Shown here: piece after piece, positions 10,899 through 21,108 of the stretch
Layout of the letters: every line of letters starts with the position of its first letter
Numbering within the stretch: the first letter of the stretch is position 1
Assembly (NCBI GenBank): GCA_943348755.1
Contig: CALQYS010000003.1
Span: 2,482-66,481, forward strand
From: Candidatus Nomurabacteria bacterium
GTDB taxonomy: Bacteria > Patescibacteriota > Minisyncoccia > Phycocordibacterales > UBA9973
Length of the DNA: 64,000 nucleotides
Direction of reading: 5' to 3'
Position numbers and translations under genes: made by a program
Notes under the pieces: model-generated
What the model saw: the letters and a program-made list of their open reading frames with translations, nothing else
The model's database searches: none
Told to the model about the DNA's origin: nothing

Positions 10899-11435
10899 TC
10901 ATAAATTATTTTGTATCCAATATCTTCTTTTTAGTCTTTCTTCGTGTTCAATTTTATTCTCCAAAACCCCGCCACATTTTTCTATGATTTTGGTTGAGCT
11001 AATGTTGTCATCGTCGCAGGTCACTAATACTTTATCAATACCAAGTTTTTTTGCCACAGATAAAGATAATTCTAGAATTTTTGTTCCATACCCTTGTTTT
11101 CTGGCTCTGGGTCGAATTGCATAACCAATGTGTCCACCTTCTAAAAGCAGATTTTCATTTAGACGGTGCCTGATCTTCGTCCAACCGATAAATTCTCCAT
11201 TCTCTACGAGCCACAACTCTGTCTGGGGAACTCTGTTTGCTGGTAAATTTATTCCTTCTTCTCTCTCCTTAATCTTTAGTAGAAGCTCGTCAAAATTGTC
11301 ATCGGGCTTTGTGCCACGCATGTAAATATTTTCTCCTTCAGCTTCAAATTCTTTGATAGCTTCTATGAAGCTGTTTCTATATTCCAAAGAAGGCTTTACG
11401 AGTTCTGGTTCTGATTTTTGCAGCTTAGACTTCAT
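10899..11435 (-). CDS. GNAT family N-acetyltransferase
   Basis: 178 aa. Acetyl-CoA binding motif RKQGYGTKILE (R/Q-x-x-G-x-G/A). Confidence 0.6.
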   Translation of the reverse strand: MKSKLQKSEPELVKPSLEYRNSFIEAIKEFEAEGENIYMRGTKPDDNFDELLLKIKEREEGINLPANRVPQTELWLVENGEFIGWTKIRHRLNENLLLEGGHIGYAIRPRARKQGYGTKILELSLSVAKKLGIDKVLVTCDDDNISSTKIIEKCGGVLENKIEHEERLKRRYWIQNNL

Positions 11436-11441
11436 AATATT

Positions 11442-11783
11442 TTACAATCCAAGATAGATTTTTAAAACTTTCTTTACTTTTTTCAAATTAGTAACGTCCA
11501 ATTCTCCAATTTTTCCCAAAATGACAGCTTTATCTAAAGTAGCGATCTTTGTAGTCCTTATAACTGATTGCAATTTAAGACCCGTCTTTTGAAAATCTTT
11601 ATCTTTTTGATCAACTAAAACATCTAACTTGTGAACTTTTTTTTGAATAACAGAAGAAATGAAACAAACAGTGATATCATCACCCCCATTTTGAAACCCA
11701 ATAATCAAAGCGGGACGAACTTTGTGTCCAGAAAGATCTGTAAAAGGAAAGGGGGTCAAAACTATATCTCCAGACTTATGCAT
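11442..11783 (-). CDS. Type II toxin, MazF/PemK family endoribonuclease
   Basis: 113 aa. The N-terminus GDIVLTPFPFTDLSGHKVRPALII is the canonical PemK/MazF signature. Confidence 0.65.
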   Translation of the reverse strand: MHKSGDIVLTPFPFTDLSGHKVRPALIIGFQNGGDDITVCFISSVIQKKVHKLDVLVDQKDKDFQKTGLKLQSVIRTTKIATLDKAVILGKIGELDVTNLKKVKKVLKIYLGL

Positions 11784-12060
11784 ATTTATGCTTTATGTCT
11801 TTTATTGAGTAAATTTCAGGTTCATCAGAAAGAAAATCGAAACTTCTCGAGTATGCATTAATATTTGTTATCTCGGTAAGTTTTCCGTTCCAAAGATTTG
11901 GGAAAGGGATGAGAACAGCCTCGGGGATATTTCTACGTCCAAGAACAATAGATTTACCGCTTGTAGCTACGATATCAATAAAATCGCTTATATTTTCACG
12001 CAATTTTGTTGTAGAAAGAGTTTTTATGTGATTCATACCCATATTGTACAAAATGTACAA
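11776..12060 (-). CDS. Putative Phd/YefM-like antitoxin (partner of the MazF toxin)
   Basis: 94 aa. It lies immediately upstream of the toxin and overlaps it by 8 nt. The N-terminus LRENISDFIDIVATSGKSIVLGRRNIPEAVLIP is Phd/YefM-like. Confidence 0.45.
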   Translation of the reverse strand: MYILYNMGMNHIKTLSTTKLRENISDFIDIVATSGKSIVLGRRNIPEAVLIPFPNLWNGKLTEITNINAYSRSFDFLSDEPEIYSIKDIKHKYA

Positions 12061-12110
12061 ATTAAAAGCAAGAGCAAGTGTGGATTACTAAAAACCAGTA
12101 TTGTAATACA

Positions 12111-12662
12111 TTATTTATTTTTATAAAATTCGTTATGTTCTTTTATACCTTCTGCCAAGGGAGCCAATCCTACTGATTTTCGTCTCTCGTCAACATGATC
12201 TGGATCTTCAATAGGTCTAGGTACTCCATCTGAAAATTGAGTTCCATAAGTCTGCGGACTTTTTTCATTTACAAGTACTCTATCTTCAAGATAAGCGACG
12301 TCAGTTTGATCTACGTCTTTTCCTGAATCTTTCATTAACTCTAGACAGTGTCTTTGGAAAACAACATCATGATCCGCGTGTTGAACTAAGAGCCATGCCA
12401 TATGTGCAACATCCTTCCCAGCTTTTGAAACAGTTGGCCAACCTATTTGACGTATAATTTCTTTCATTCTCTCAGTGTTTCGTGCATCAAGTGTATTGTC
12501 TTCTTCATTTTCAATGATACCGCCATTCGCCAAAGCTCGTTCTCTCATATTTTGATCTCTCGCGCACATATTTCTTATCTCTTGAGAAAACAACTCTATT
12601 TGTGTTGGAGCTCTTTCGTTCATTTTTTTAGTTAACCAACGACTTTCGATGTTGCGGCGCAT
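12111..12662 (-). CDS. Hypothetical protein
   Basis: 183 aa, acidic and soluble. No family recognised. Confidence 0.35.
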   Translation of the reverse strand: MRRNIESRWLTKKMNERAPTQIELFSQEIRNMCARDQNMRERALANGGIIENEEDNTLDARNTERMKEIIRQIGWPTVSKAGKDVAHMAWLLVQHADHDVVFQRHCLELMKDSGKDVDQTDVAYLEDRVLVNEKSPQTYGTQFSDGVPRPIEDPDHVDERRKSVGLAPLAEGIKEHNEFYKNK

Positions 12663-15204
12663 TGATGAGACCGCATTTTTTGTATTTATAGACTTCGCCA
12701 GTTGCGGGATTTATCGCTCCGCAAGGACAAGGGTCATTCCTGCCTACGTCTTTAGCCGCGTCAGAATTTACAGTACTAGACTTTTTCTCTTCATGACCAG
12801 TCAAAAAGACTTCTTTTGGCGTATTATTCTCCGGAGCCGTTGTCACATTTTTAGTGTCGATGGTACTGACCAGGGAAAATACCTGCTCCTTGAATGTTTG
12901 TTCCATTTCTTTAAACATCGCCAGGCCATCTTTCTTGTATTCTACGATTGGTTCGCGCTGACCATAGGCTCGCAAGTTTACGGAAGATCGTAGATAATCC
13001 ATCGCCTCTAGATGCTCCATCCAAAGAGTGTCCGTAGTATAAAGGGCAATCCTGCGAACCGTTTCCAAGAATGCAACATCTCCTATCTTCTTCCTCTTTT
13101 CTTCTACTGTTTTTTCAGCTCCTTCATGTTCTTTTACTATATTTGTAAGCAAAGTCTCTATCTCTTCTTTCTTTGCATTGAGCATATTTTGGCGTCTCTC
13201 ATAAATGATTTTTCTCTGGTGGTTCATCACGTCATCGTATTCAAGTGTATTTTTGCGAGCATCAAAATGAAAACCTTCTATTTTCGCCTGAGCGGACTCT
13301 AAGGTCTTGCCGATAAATCTATTTTCGATCGGCTGATCCTCGGGAATACCAAAACGTCCCATCATGTTCTTTATTTTGTCTGATCCGAAAACACGCATCA
13401 GATCATCTTCGAGCGAGACATAAAACTGCGTCTCACCAGGATCCCCCTGCCTGCCGGAGCGTCCGCGGAGCTGGTTGTCTATTCGGCGCGCTTCATGCCT
13501 CTCCGTACCCAAAACAAAAAGTCCGCCGACATTTTTTACAAATTCATATTCTCCTTGGGTGTGAGGGTTACCCCCGAGCTTGATGTCTATTCCACGCCCA
13601 GCCATGTTGGTAGCAATGGTCACCGCGCCCCTTTTACCGGCTTGAGCGATGATTTCGCCCTCTTTTTCGTGATTCTTGGCGTTTAAAATTACATGTTGCA
13701 CCCCTTCTTGCCTTAGATAAGCGGAAAGAAGTTCGTTTTTTTCTATGGAAATAGTTCCGATGAGCACAGGCATGCCCTTAGTGTTCAGTTCCTTTACTTT
13801 TTTGGCAATCGCTTGGAATTTGCCTTTCTCTGTTTGAAAAATTAAATCATTGTGGTCTTTGCGGACTACCGGACGATTAGTCGGGATGACAATGACATCA
13901 AGACCATAAACTTTCAAAAATTCTTCCGCGGAAGTTTCGGCCGTACCAGTCATGCCAGAAAGCTTTTTGTAAAATCTAAAATAATTCTGGAAAGTAATCG
14001 AACCAGATGAACGAGTTTCTTTTTCTATTTTCACACCCTCCTTCGCCTCGATGGCTTGGTGGATGCCTTCAGACCAACGCCTACCATGCTGCAAACGTCC
14101 AGTAAAGGGATCAACTATTATCACTTCACCTTCCTTAACCACATAATCCTTGTCTTTTTCGAAAATCGCTTGCGCTTTGACCGCCGTTTCTAGATGGTGC
14201 ACATACTTGATGCCCTTTTCGGTGTAAATATTTTCCACTCCAAGTAATTGTTCCGCCTTGGTAATACCAGCATCAGTCAAAGTGATCGCTCTGAGTTTTT
14301 CATCTACTTCGTAATCGGCATCCCGTTTTAGCTGCTTGGCAATTTGATAAAACTTTATATAGAAATCTTCCGAATCTCCGGCTGAGCTCGAGATGATAAG
14401 CGGAGTACGTGCTTCGTCGATTAAAATAGAGTCCACTTCGTCGACAACAGCATAATTGTGACCTCTCTGGACTAAACCATTTATATCTACGGCCAAATTG
14501 TCTCTTAAGTAATCAAATCCATACTCATGATTCGTACCGTAAGTCACATCAGCTGAATATGCTTCTTTACGTGAAACTGGTTTTAAGAAATCATAGACAA
14601 CCTTAAATTCCCCAACTTGATCACGTTCTTTGTCTTCTTCTTTATGTGTACTATCGTATAAATAAGAAACGTTGTTGGAATTTATAACTCCCACCGAAAG
14701 TCCTAGGAAATTGTAGACTTGCCCCATCAAGACTGCTCCAATGCGAGAAAGGTAGTCATTGACCGTGACGATGTGCACACCCTCCCCAGTGAGGGCGTTT
14801 AGGTATGCCGGAAGAACTGCCACTAAAGTCTTTCCTTCACCGGTGCGCATCTCTGCGATTTTGCCCTTGTGGAGCGCGAGACCTCCGATCAGCTGGACAT
14901 CATAATGCCTTTCACCTAGGTTCCTCTTGGCTGCCTCTCGCACTAGAGCGAAGGCCTCGGGTAAAATATCATCCAGAGCCTCGTTTTTAGATAATCTATC
15001 TTTGAATTCCTGTGTTTTCTTTGGAAAATCTGCATCAGCCAATTTCGAAACATCCGCTTCTAAAGCGTTGATTTTATCTATTGTTTTTGAGACATTCCCA
15101 ATGAACTTGGAGCTCTCATTGCCGAACATTTTGCTGAATAAAGACATAAGGGATATATTAGCACAAAAATCCTCCAAAAGGAGGATTTTTGTAATTATTT
15201 TCAT
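12628..15204 (-). CDS. secA: Preprotein translocase ATPase SecA
   Basis: 858 aa. DEAD-like motor motifs and a C-terminal zinc-binding tail (CPCGAINPATGEVYKYKKCG). Confidence 0.9.
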   Translation of the reverse strand: MKIITKILLLEDFCANISLMSLFSKMFGNESSKFIGNVSKTIDKINALEADVSKLADADFPKKTQEFKDRLSKNEALDDILPEAFALVREAAKRNLGERHYDVQLIGGLALHKGKIAEMRTGEGKTLVAVLPAYLNALTGEGVHIVTVNDYLSRIGAVLMGQVYNFLGLSVGVINSNNVSYLYDSTHKEEDKERDQVGEFKVVYDFLKPVSRKEAYSADVTYGTNHEYGFDYLRDNLAVDINGLVQRGHNYAVVDEVDSILIDEARTPLIISSSAGDSEDFYIKFYQIAKQLKRDADYEVDEKLRAITLTDAGITKAEQLLGVENIYTEKGIKYVHHLETAVKAQAIFEKDKDYVVKEGEVIIVDPFTGRLQHGRRWSEGIHQAIEAKEGVKIEKETRSSGSITFQNYFRFYKKLSGMTGTAETSAEEFLKVYGLDVIVIPTNRPVVRKDHNDLIFQTEKGKFQAIAKKVKELNTKGMPVLIGTISIEKNELLSAYLRQEGVQHVILNAKNHEKEGEIIAQAGKRGAVTIATNMAGRGIDIKLGGNPHTQGEYEFVKNVGGLFVLGTERHEARRIDNQLRGRSGRQGDPGETQFYVSLEDDLMRVFGSDKIKNMMGRFGIPEDQPIENRFIGKTLESAQAKIEGFHFDARKNTLEYDDVMNHQRKIIYERRQNMLNAKKEEIETLLTNIVKEHEGAEKTVEEKRKKIGDVAFLETVRRIALYTTDTLWMEHLEAMDYLRSSVNLRAYGQREPIVEYKKDGLAMFKEMEQTFKEQVFSLVSTIDTKNVTTAPENNTPKEVFLTGHEEKKSSTVNSDAAKDVGRNDPCPCGAINPATGEVYKYKKCGLINAPQHRKSLVN

Positions 15205-15312
15205 TTAAAGCGGGTGATGGCGAAACTCCAACATAAGTGCCTATGTGAGTGCGACCACCCGCTATAGATAAAAACAATTTATTCTAGATATTATAACATA
15301 ATCCAAATTCTG

Positions 15313-15383
15313 TGGACCTACGGGGAATCGGACCCCGGCCTCGTCCATGCCATGGACGCGTAATACCATTTTACTATAGGCCC
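15313..15383 (-). tRNA. tRNA-Ala (anticodon GGC)
   Basis: Manual fold gives a 7-bp acceptor stem with the Ala-identity G3:U70 pair. D stem GTAA/TTAC, anticodon stem CGTCC/GGACG, loop AUGGCAU, T stem CGGGG/CCCCG. No CCA is encoded. Confidence 0.6.
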
Positions 15384-15418
15384 CAGCTGTTTATTTATAG
15401 CAAAAAAACAAAAAAATT

Positions 15419-16342
15419 CTAGCTAAGAGCGTTGTTAAGTACATGCTCTACCACATGATGCATCTTGGCGCCAACGGATTCGCAGACTTGGGCGAGATAC
15501 GAGTCCTTGCGTGGGTCTATTTTTGAATCAGCATGCAGAAGATGCACTTTCCCTCTTTTATCTAGCACAAAACTTAATTTTAGATATTGGGTGGCGCCCA
15601 TGTGAGCATGCAGATCTTTTGCCAAAGTCATGAGTTTTTCTTTCTCTTCGCTTGAAAGATCACCAAAGATGCCCACCACTGGGAAAGTGTAAACCTTTTC
15701 TCCGCGAAAATTCGCGAGCGAGTGCACACTCGCCACTTTGCCAGAAATAAATTGTTCCACCAAGATGCTCGTCTGGTGGTTCACCCCATCCTCGATAGCA
15801 TCTACTAGCTCTGGAAAAGTCTTTGCCAGATGCACCGGCATGTCAGAATTGTCAGTTAGAGACTTCACGATCCAAGGTCCGCCAAACTTACCATGAACTT
15901 CTTTCGCTTTTTTTATCGAATATCGTTCACGCGGTCCATCGAAATCTGCTTGATACAGAGGAAACATCATATGCCGGGGCATATTGACTCCGGCTTTTTT
16001 CATGTGCTCTGCCAGCATTGCCCGGCTTTTTTCTAAAGTATGAGAAAAGGGGTTGCTGCTGATATGAGGGATAGACAAACTTTGTAAAATATTTGAAAAG
16101 CTCGGATGCGAAGTATTCCAGACCACATCGACTTTACTCATCAAGTCCGAAGGGCTCACGGGCAACCCATGTATATGCCAAATGTGATCTTTATCAACTA
16201 AAATATCGCAGGTTTTATATTTATCTGATAAATTTTCGGAAATGTGTGAAATAATATCCCCGCCCCGCCGAAGCGAAGAAGCATAATGATCCCCTGCTCC
16301 ACCTCGTATTATCCCAACTCTTTTTTTAACAACACTCTGCAT
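15419..16342 (-). CDS. ddl: D-alanine--D-alanine ligase (divergent ATP-grasp)
   Basis: 307 aa. N-terminal RVGIIRGGAGDHYASSL resembles the Ddl N-domain (RVGVLFGG.S.EHEVSL). There is a central ATP-grasp region, and the C-terminal KVHLLHADSKIDPR resembles the RVDFF...NEINTIPG region. Confidence 0.55.
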   Translation of the reverse strand: MQSVVKKRVGIIRGGAGDHYASSLRRGGDIISHISENLSDKYKTCDILVDKDHIWHIHGLPVSPSDLMSKVDVVWNTSHPSFSNILQSLSIPHISSNPFSHTLEKSRAMLAEHMKKAGVNMPRHMMFPLYQADFDGPRERYSIKKAKEVHGKFGGPWIVKSLTDNSDMPVHLAKTFPELVDAIEDGVNHQTSILVEQFISGKVASVHSLANFRGEKVYTFPVVGIFGDLSSEEKEKLMTLAKDLHAHMGATQYLKLSFVLDKRGKVHLLHADSKIDPRKDSYLAQVCESVGAKMHHVVEHVLNNALS

Positions 16343-16371
16343 CTAAAAATTATAACATAAAAAAACATCCA

Positions 16372-16754
16372 TAAAAGAAAACAGGCCGCGGGTCATCACA
16401 CAAGGTGACAACACACGCGACCTGGATTGAGTGAACTTACTGCTCTTGCGGTTCGAGATACACCCTGTCCCAACCCCTGCCATCAGGACTTGGGATGATA
16501 ATCCTTTTGGGATCTGGCTCCCAGAACCTCGGGTGTGCCGTCTTCCTGAGACCATCAGTGCTGGGCGGGGGCTCACTTTGCCGAACTGTGTCTTTTTGGT
16601 ATGGTTTCGCCATAGGTTTTGTCGGTTGTTTTTATCCACTGAGATACCACTATGGTTCGTCTCAGCTTTTAATTTACAAGATTTTGTAGACTAGAAGCTG
16701 AAACGAACACAAGACCAAAAGACCTATAATTTAAAGAGCTTTATACCTTACTAC
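16372..16754 (-). ncRNA. Unassigned GC-rich structured RNA candidate with its own promoter and terminator
   Basis: GC content is far above the flanks and many hairpins are visible, including a 14-bp stem (GTTCGTTTCAGCTT/AAGCTGAGACGAAC). A perfect TTGACA-N17-TATAAT promoter lies upstream (see the promoter feature). At the 3' end, the stem CAGGUCGCG...CGCGGCCUG followed by UUUUCUUUU forms an intrinsic terminator just before the ddl promoter. The overlapping 98-aa ORF is Arg-rich, low-complexity and implausible as a protein. Confidence 0.4.
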
Positions 16755-16760
16755 CAGTTA

Positions 16761-16789
16761 ATTATACACCCATTGTGTGATTTTGTCAA
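16761..16789 (-). promoter_or_regulatory. Sigma70-type promoter: TTGACA, 17-nt spacer, TATAAT
   Basis: On the minus strand the sequence reads TTGACAAAATCACACAATGGGTGTATAAT. Both hexamers are exact consensus and the spacer is 17 nt. The promoter points into the GC-rich element at 16372-16754. Confidence 0.5.
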
Positions 16790-16804
16790 TCATAATTTAA
16801 GCAA

Positions 16805-16836
16805 CAAAAAAACCATATTTTGTATGGTTTTTTTGA
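16805..16836. terminator. Bidirectional rho-independent terminator at the end of the 16S rRNA transcription unit
   Basis: Hairpin AACCATA-TTTTG-TATGGTT with an A-run on one side and a T-run on the other. It lies about 250 nt downstream of the 16S 3' end on the minus strand. Confidence 0.45.
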
Positions 16837-17084
16837 AGCTTGCCCCGCCTTGGCGGGGTGAACTGTCCTTTGTTTTGTTTCGTTCTTATAACCTTGGGTC
16901 TTTGCCTCATGTCAAATAGTTTTTAAGACGTTCTATCATTGTCTATTACACGCTCAATTGAGGCGTGCAATACCGACTCAGTTAGTCCAATCTCGCGGGG
17001 CGAAATCAAGATGTATCTGAGATACATCTTCAACATTAATAAATTAATGTCGGGACAGTTTTCAAATTGAATTATTCCACGAGC

Positions 17085-18612
<1,528 letters not shown>

Positions 18613-18914
18613 AAGTTTACCCCGCCGAGGCGGGGTCCTCAAAATTCATAGTCGCTTGCGCTTCCTGAATTTTGGGAGAACGAAACAAAACAAAAAACAG
18701 CATGTTTTCTGATTCTATATTTCTATTTAGTTTAGAGTTTAATCTTTTGCTCTAAAAATTATCTTTATACTTACTCAAATTCATTTTTGAGACTTGCTTC
18801 CCTCCCGAACTGTGGGAGGGGTTCTCAATTTATTACTTTGTCAAAGAGGCTTTACTCCGCCTTAGCGGGGTCAAATTAAAACGTCATTCCACTAAAGGAA
18901 AGACGCTGAAAGCA

Positions 18915-18943
18915 AGTATATATGAAGAGAAATCACAAGTCAA
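18915..18943 (-). promoter_or_regulatory. Candidate rRNA promoter: TTGACT, 17-nt spacer, TATACT
   Basis: The minus strand reads TTGACTTGTGATTTCTCTTCATATATACT about 300 nt upstream of the 16S 5' end. It is immediately preceded by a terminator that insulates it from the upstream gene. Confidence 0.45.
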
Positions 18944-18946
18944 GTA

Positions 18947-18977
18947 CAAAAAAGCCCCTATTTCTGGGGCTTTTTTG
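18947..18977. terminator. Bidirectional intrinsic terminator (GCCCC-TATTTCT-GGGGC flanked by A and T runs)
   Basis: AAAAAAGCCCCTATTTCTGGGGCTTTTTTG. It lies downstream of the minus-strand gene at 19157-19579 and upstream of the rRNA promoter. Confidence 0.5.
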
Positions 18978-19040
18978 TGTACTTTTATTTGCCTATTTCT
19001 TCTTTGGTTTCTTCTTTTCTTTTCTATGCCCGTCTCCTTT

Positions 19041-19146
19041 TGCCATATGATTTTTTATATTGCGATAGAAAAATAAATCTTCCAAGAGCATTCTCCTTAT
19101 GACCTAACGTAGGAAGATTTGATTTTTCTTGAGCAATGATTATTAG
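19041..19146. repeat. Copy A of an intergenic repeat of about 105 bp with a long imperfect hairpin
   Basis: About 85 percent identical to copy B. Arms GAAAAATAAATCTTCC and GGAAGATTTGATTTTTC enclose CAAGAGCATTCTCCTTATGACCTAACGTA. Confidence 0.5.
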
Positions 19147-19156
19147 CTAATAAACT

Positions 19157-19579
19157 CTACCTCCAAGCACCAATGATCGCGCCCATTGCTAGAATCGATA
19201 CAAGTGAAGCAACTATCTCAAACAACCAAAGCTTTACTGACCTCTTCATCCAGATTACTTCCATTGAAGAAGATGTGACTACAAAACCGAGCCAGAGGAA
19301 GAAACCTATAGTCATGCCGCATGCCACCGCAGAACCACCGCCCGCGACTGATGAAGTCGAAGCAAACAAATACATGACCGCGAGCACATAAGCAGCGACA
19401 ACATTCATGATGTAGTTCTTGATCATCTGCGGAATCATATCTGAAAATTTTTCATTGCCTGTAGGATGAACATTCGCGAGCTTCATCCAGGTTTTGCCGA
19501 ACAATGGCCCATGAAACAAGAAACCAATAACAAAATTTGCTAACGCCGCAACCAACACTGCCCAATAATTTATTTCCAT
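19157..19579 (-). CDS. Hypothetical membrane protein (DUF1761-like)
   Basis: 140 aa with 4 TM helices. Confidence 0.35.
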   Translation of the reverse strand: MEINYWAVLVAALANFVIGFLFHGPLFGKTWMKLANVHPTGNEKFSDMIPQMIKNYIMNVVAAYVLAVMYLFASTSSVAGGGSAVACGMTIGFFLWLGFVVTSSSMEVIWMKRSVKLWLFEIVASLVSILAMGAIIGAWR

Positions 19580-19799
19580 ATTTTTTTCTTAAACTAATAA
19601 TTATTTTAATGTGAACTTGTGGCTAGAATGAACCAATACATCAGCAATATGCCAAAAATTTCCAGATTCTCAAAAAAAAGCTTTTGGTCTGGCTTGAATG
19701 CAAGAATAACAACAATGATGCCGTAGATTAGGAGAATCCATAGAAAATTTTTCGCTGACATACGACTGGGTTGCTTGTTCTTAAGTAAATAGTAAATAA

Positions 19800-19985
19800 T
19801 TATTTCATCGCCTCAGCATCTGCTTTAGACATGAACTTGAACTGATTACCCCCACAGACACTGCATTGCCCTTTAGCAGAATACCTGCCATTCTTTTCTT
19901 CTACCTTTACGTTCTTCATAACTTGCATCGTAGGCTTGTTATTTGCATCACGACACTTCATACACAAAGCTTTTAATTCTGCCAT
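19800..19985 (-). CDS. Small zinc-ribbon protein (DUF5679-like)
   Basis: 61 aa. C-x2-C ... C-x2-C ribbon (CMKC...CSVCG). Confidence 0.4.
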   Translation of the reverse strand: MAELKALCMKCRDANNKPTMQVMKNVKVEEKNGRYSAKGQCSVCGGNQFKFMSKADAEAMK

Positions 19986-20090
19986 ATAATTTTTGCTTGC
20001 GAGAGAAAAATAAATTTTCCAAGAGCATTGTCCTTATGACCTCAGCTAGGGAAATTTGATTTTTCTCGAGCAATATAATAATTAATTAAT
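19981..20090. repeat. Copy B of the intergenic repeat of about 105 bp; it forms the entire 5' UTR of the DUF5679 gene
   Basis: GAGAGAAAAATAAATTTTCCAAGAGCATTGTCCTTATGACCTCAGCTAGGGAAATTTGATTTTTCTCGAG. It aligns with copy A over about 105 bp. Confidence 0.5.
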
Positions 20091-20106
20091 AATATCAAAT
20101 ACTATA

Positions 20107-20493
20107 TCATATTTTAGAAATTACGGTATAGGCAATAGCACTGACCACGGCAGTAGCAAATACTCCCCATGCGACATCAGCAACTGTAATAACAAGTGGC
20201 CATTTGGCAATGGTAGCTTGATTTGTCAGGTCATAAGTAGCGTAAGCTAAAAGTCCCAGAAAAGCTCCACGGAAAAGAGCAACATACACAGACCTAACTA
20301 CAAGTGCAGGATTAACCACAAAGTACATAACACCGAAAGCGTACATAATATAAAAAATAGCCGCTGGCCATACGATGAATTCTCCTGAAAAAATCTGAGC
20401 TAGATATTTGTGATAAAAATCTTTCGTGATAATGCCAAGCCAAACAGCATCGAAAGTTATTAATGAGACAAGGATTGTAAAATATGTTTTCAT
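20107..20493 (-). CDS. DUF2177 family membrane protein
   Basis: 128 aa. The N-terminal pattern FDAVWLGIITKDFY and the 4-TM topology are typical of DUF2177. Confidence 0.4.
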   Translation of the reverse strand: MKTYFTILVSLITFDAVWLGIITKDFYHKYLAQIFSGEFIVWPAAIFYIMYAFGVMYFVVNPALVVRSVYVALFRGAFLGLLAYATYDLTNQATIAKWPLVITVADVAWGVFATAVVSAIAYTVISKI

Positions 20494-20514
20494 AGAATTA
20501 TTATACCACTTTAT

Positions 20515-20853
20515 TTATTTTTCAAACCAGATTTCGAGACATACCCTCATAGCCCTCCCATCGTAAAGATTTTCCTCAAAGCGAATTTGCTTCTTGAGTG
20601 GCAAGATATATGTAGCGGAATGCCTATCTGGAAAAACGGAAGTACTCCATTTGCTCTTTCCTATCTTTGCTCGCGCATAAACCGCACCCCAACCTCTTCT
20701 TAATTTCCCCTTTTGCATTTCCTTAATTTTTGCCGAAATATCCTCTGGCACTCGAGCAAAACGCCAAGCGCCTTTATCGTCCCCCTCATTATAGCCTGAC
20801 TTCCAGACTATAACCCTGCTCTTGAATTTGAAAGTCTTCTTATCTTTTTTCAT
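20515..20853 (-). CDS. DUF1905 domain protein
   Basis: 112 aa. The WRFARVPEDISAKI...GWGAVYARAKIG pattern fits the YdeI/DUF1905 family. Confidence 0.35.
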   Translation of the reverse strand: MKKDKKTFKFKSRVIVWKSGYNEGDDKGAWRFARVPEDISAKIKEMQKGKLRRGWGAVYARAKIGKSKWSTSVFPDRHSATYILPLKKQIRFEENLYDGRAMRVCLEIWFEK

Positions 20854-21074
20854 AAATCTAAAACTATCAATTTGCTCGGATGCCTATGCCCGTTTACAAT
20901 ACGAACTTTATTTTTGGACACTTTGAAATGCTCCGCTATTAGTTGGAGGACACGATTATTTGCCATATTACGTTCCGCTTTTTCTTTAACGGAGATTTCA
21001 AAATGATCTTCGGACTTCTGTTTAAAAGTTTCCTTTCTCATCCCTGCTGTAACTTTTACATGAATATAAAACAT
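20850..21074 (-). CDS. DUF167 (YggU/UPF0235) family protein
   Basis: 74 aa. The pattern HVKVTAGMRKE...VSKNKVRIVNGHRHPSKLIV fits YggU. Confidence 0.4.
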   Translation of the reverse strand: MFYIHVKVTAGMRKETFKQKSEDHFEISVKEKAERNMANNRVLQLIAEHFKVSKNKVRIVNGHRHPSKLIVLDL

Positions 21075-21108
21075 ATTGTAATTTTAACACAGTAAAAAAT
21101 AAAGTTTC

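Noticed and set aside
16343-16639. 98-aa ORF (MDKNNRQNLWRNHTKK...) read as a protein-coding gene upstream of ddl
   Set aside because: Its composition is Arg/Ser/Gly-rich and low-complexity with no hydrophobic core. It lies entirely inside a GC-rich, hairpin-dense segment that has its own consensus promoter and terminator, so it is better explained as an RNA gene.
16343-16754. Assignment of the orphan structured RNA as RNase P RNA, tmRNA, SRP RNA or 5S/23S fragment
   Set aside because: Weak RNase-P-like strings exist (AAGUCC, GGGACAGGGUG, GCAAGAGC). However no P4 helix partner, no P1 end-pairing, no tmRNA GGGG...CCA tRNA-like ends and no SRP GGAA-tetraloop domain could be built by eye, so it is left unassigned.
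19620-19760. 52-aa hydrophobic mini-ORF (MSAKNFLWILLIYGIIVVILAF...) between the DUF membrane gene and the DUF5679 gene
   Set aside because: It is a plausible small membrane protein but falls below the ORF-track threshold and has no supporting evidence, so it is not called as a feature.
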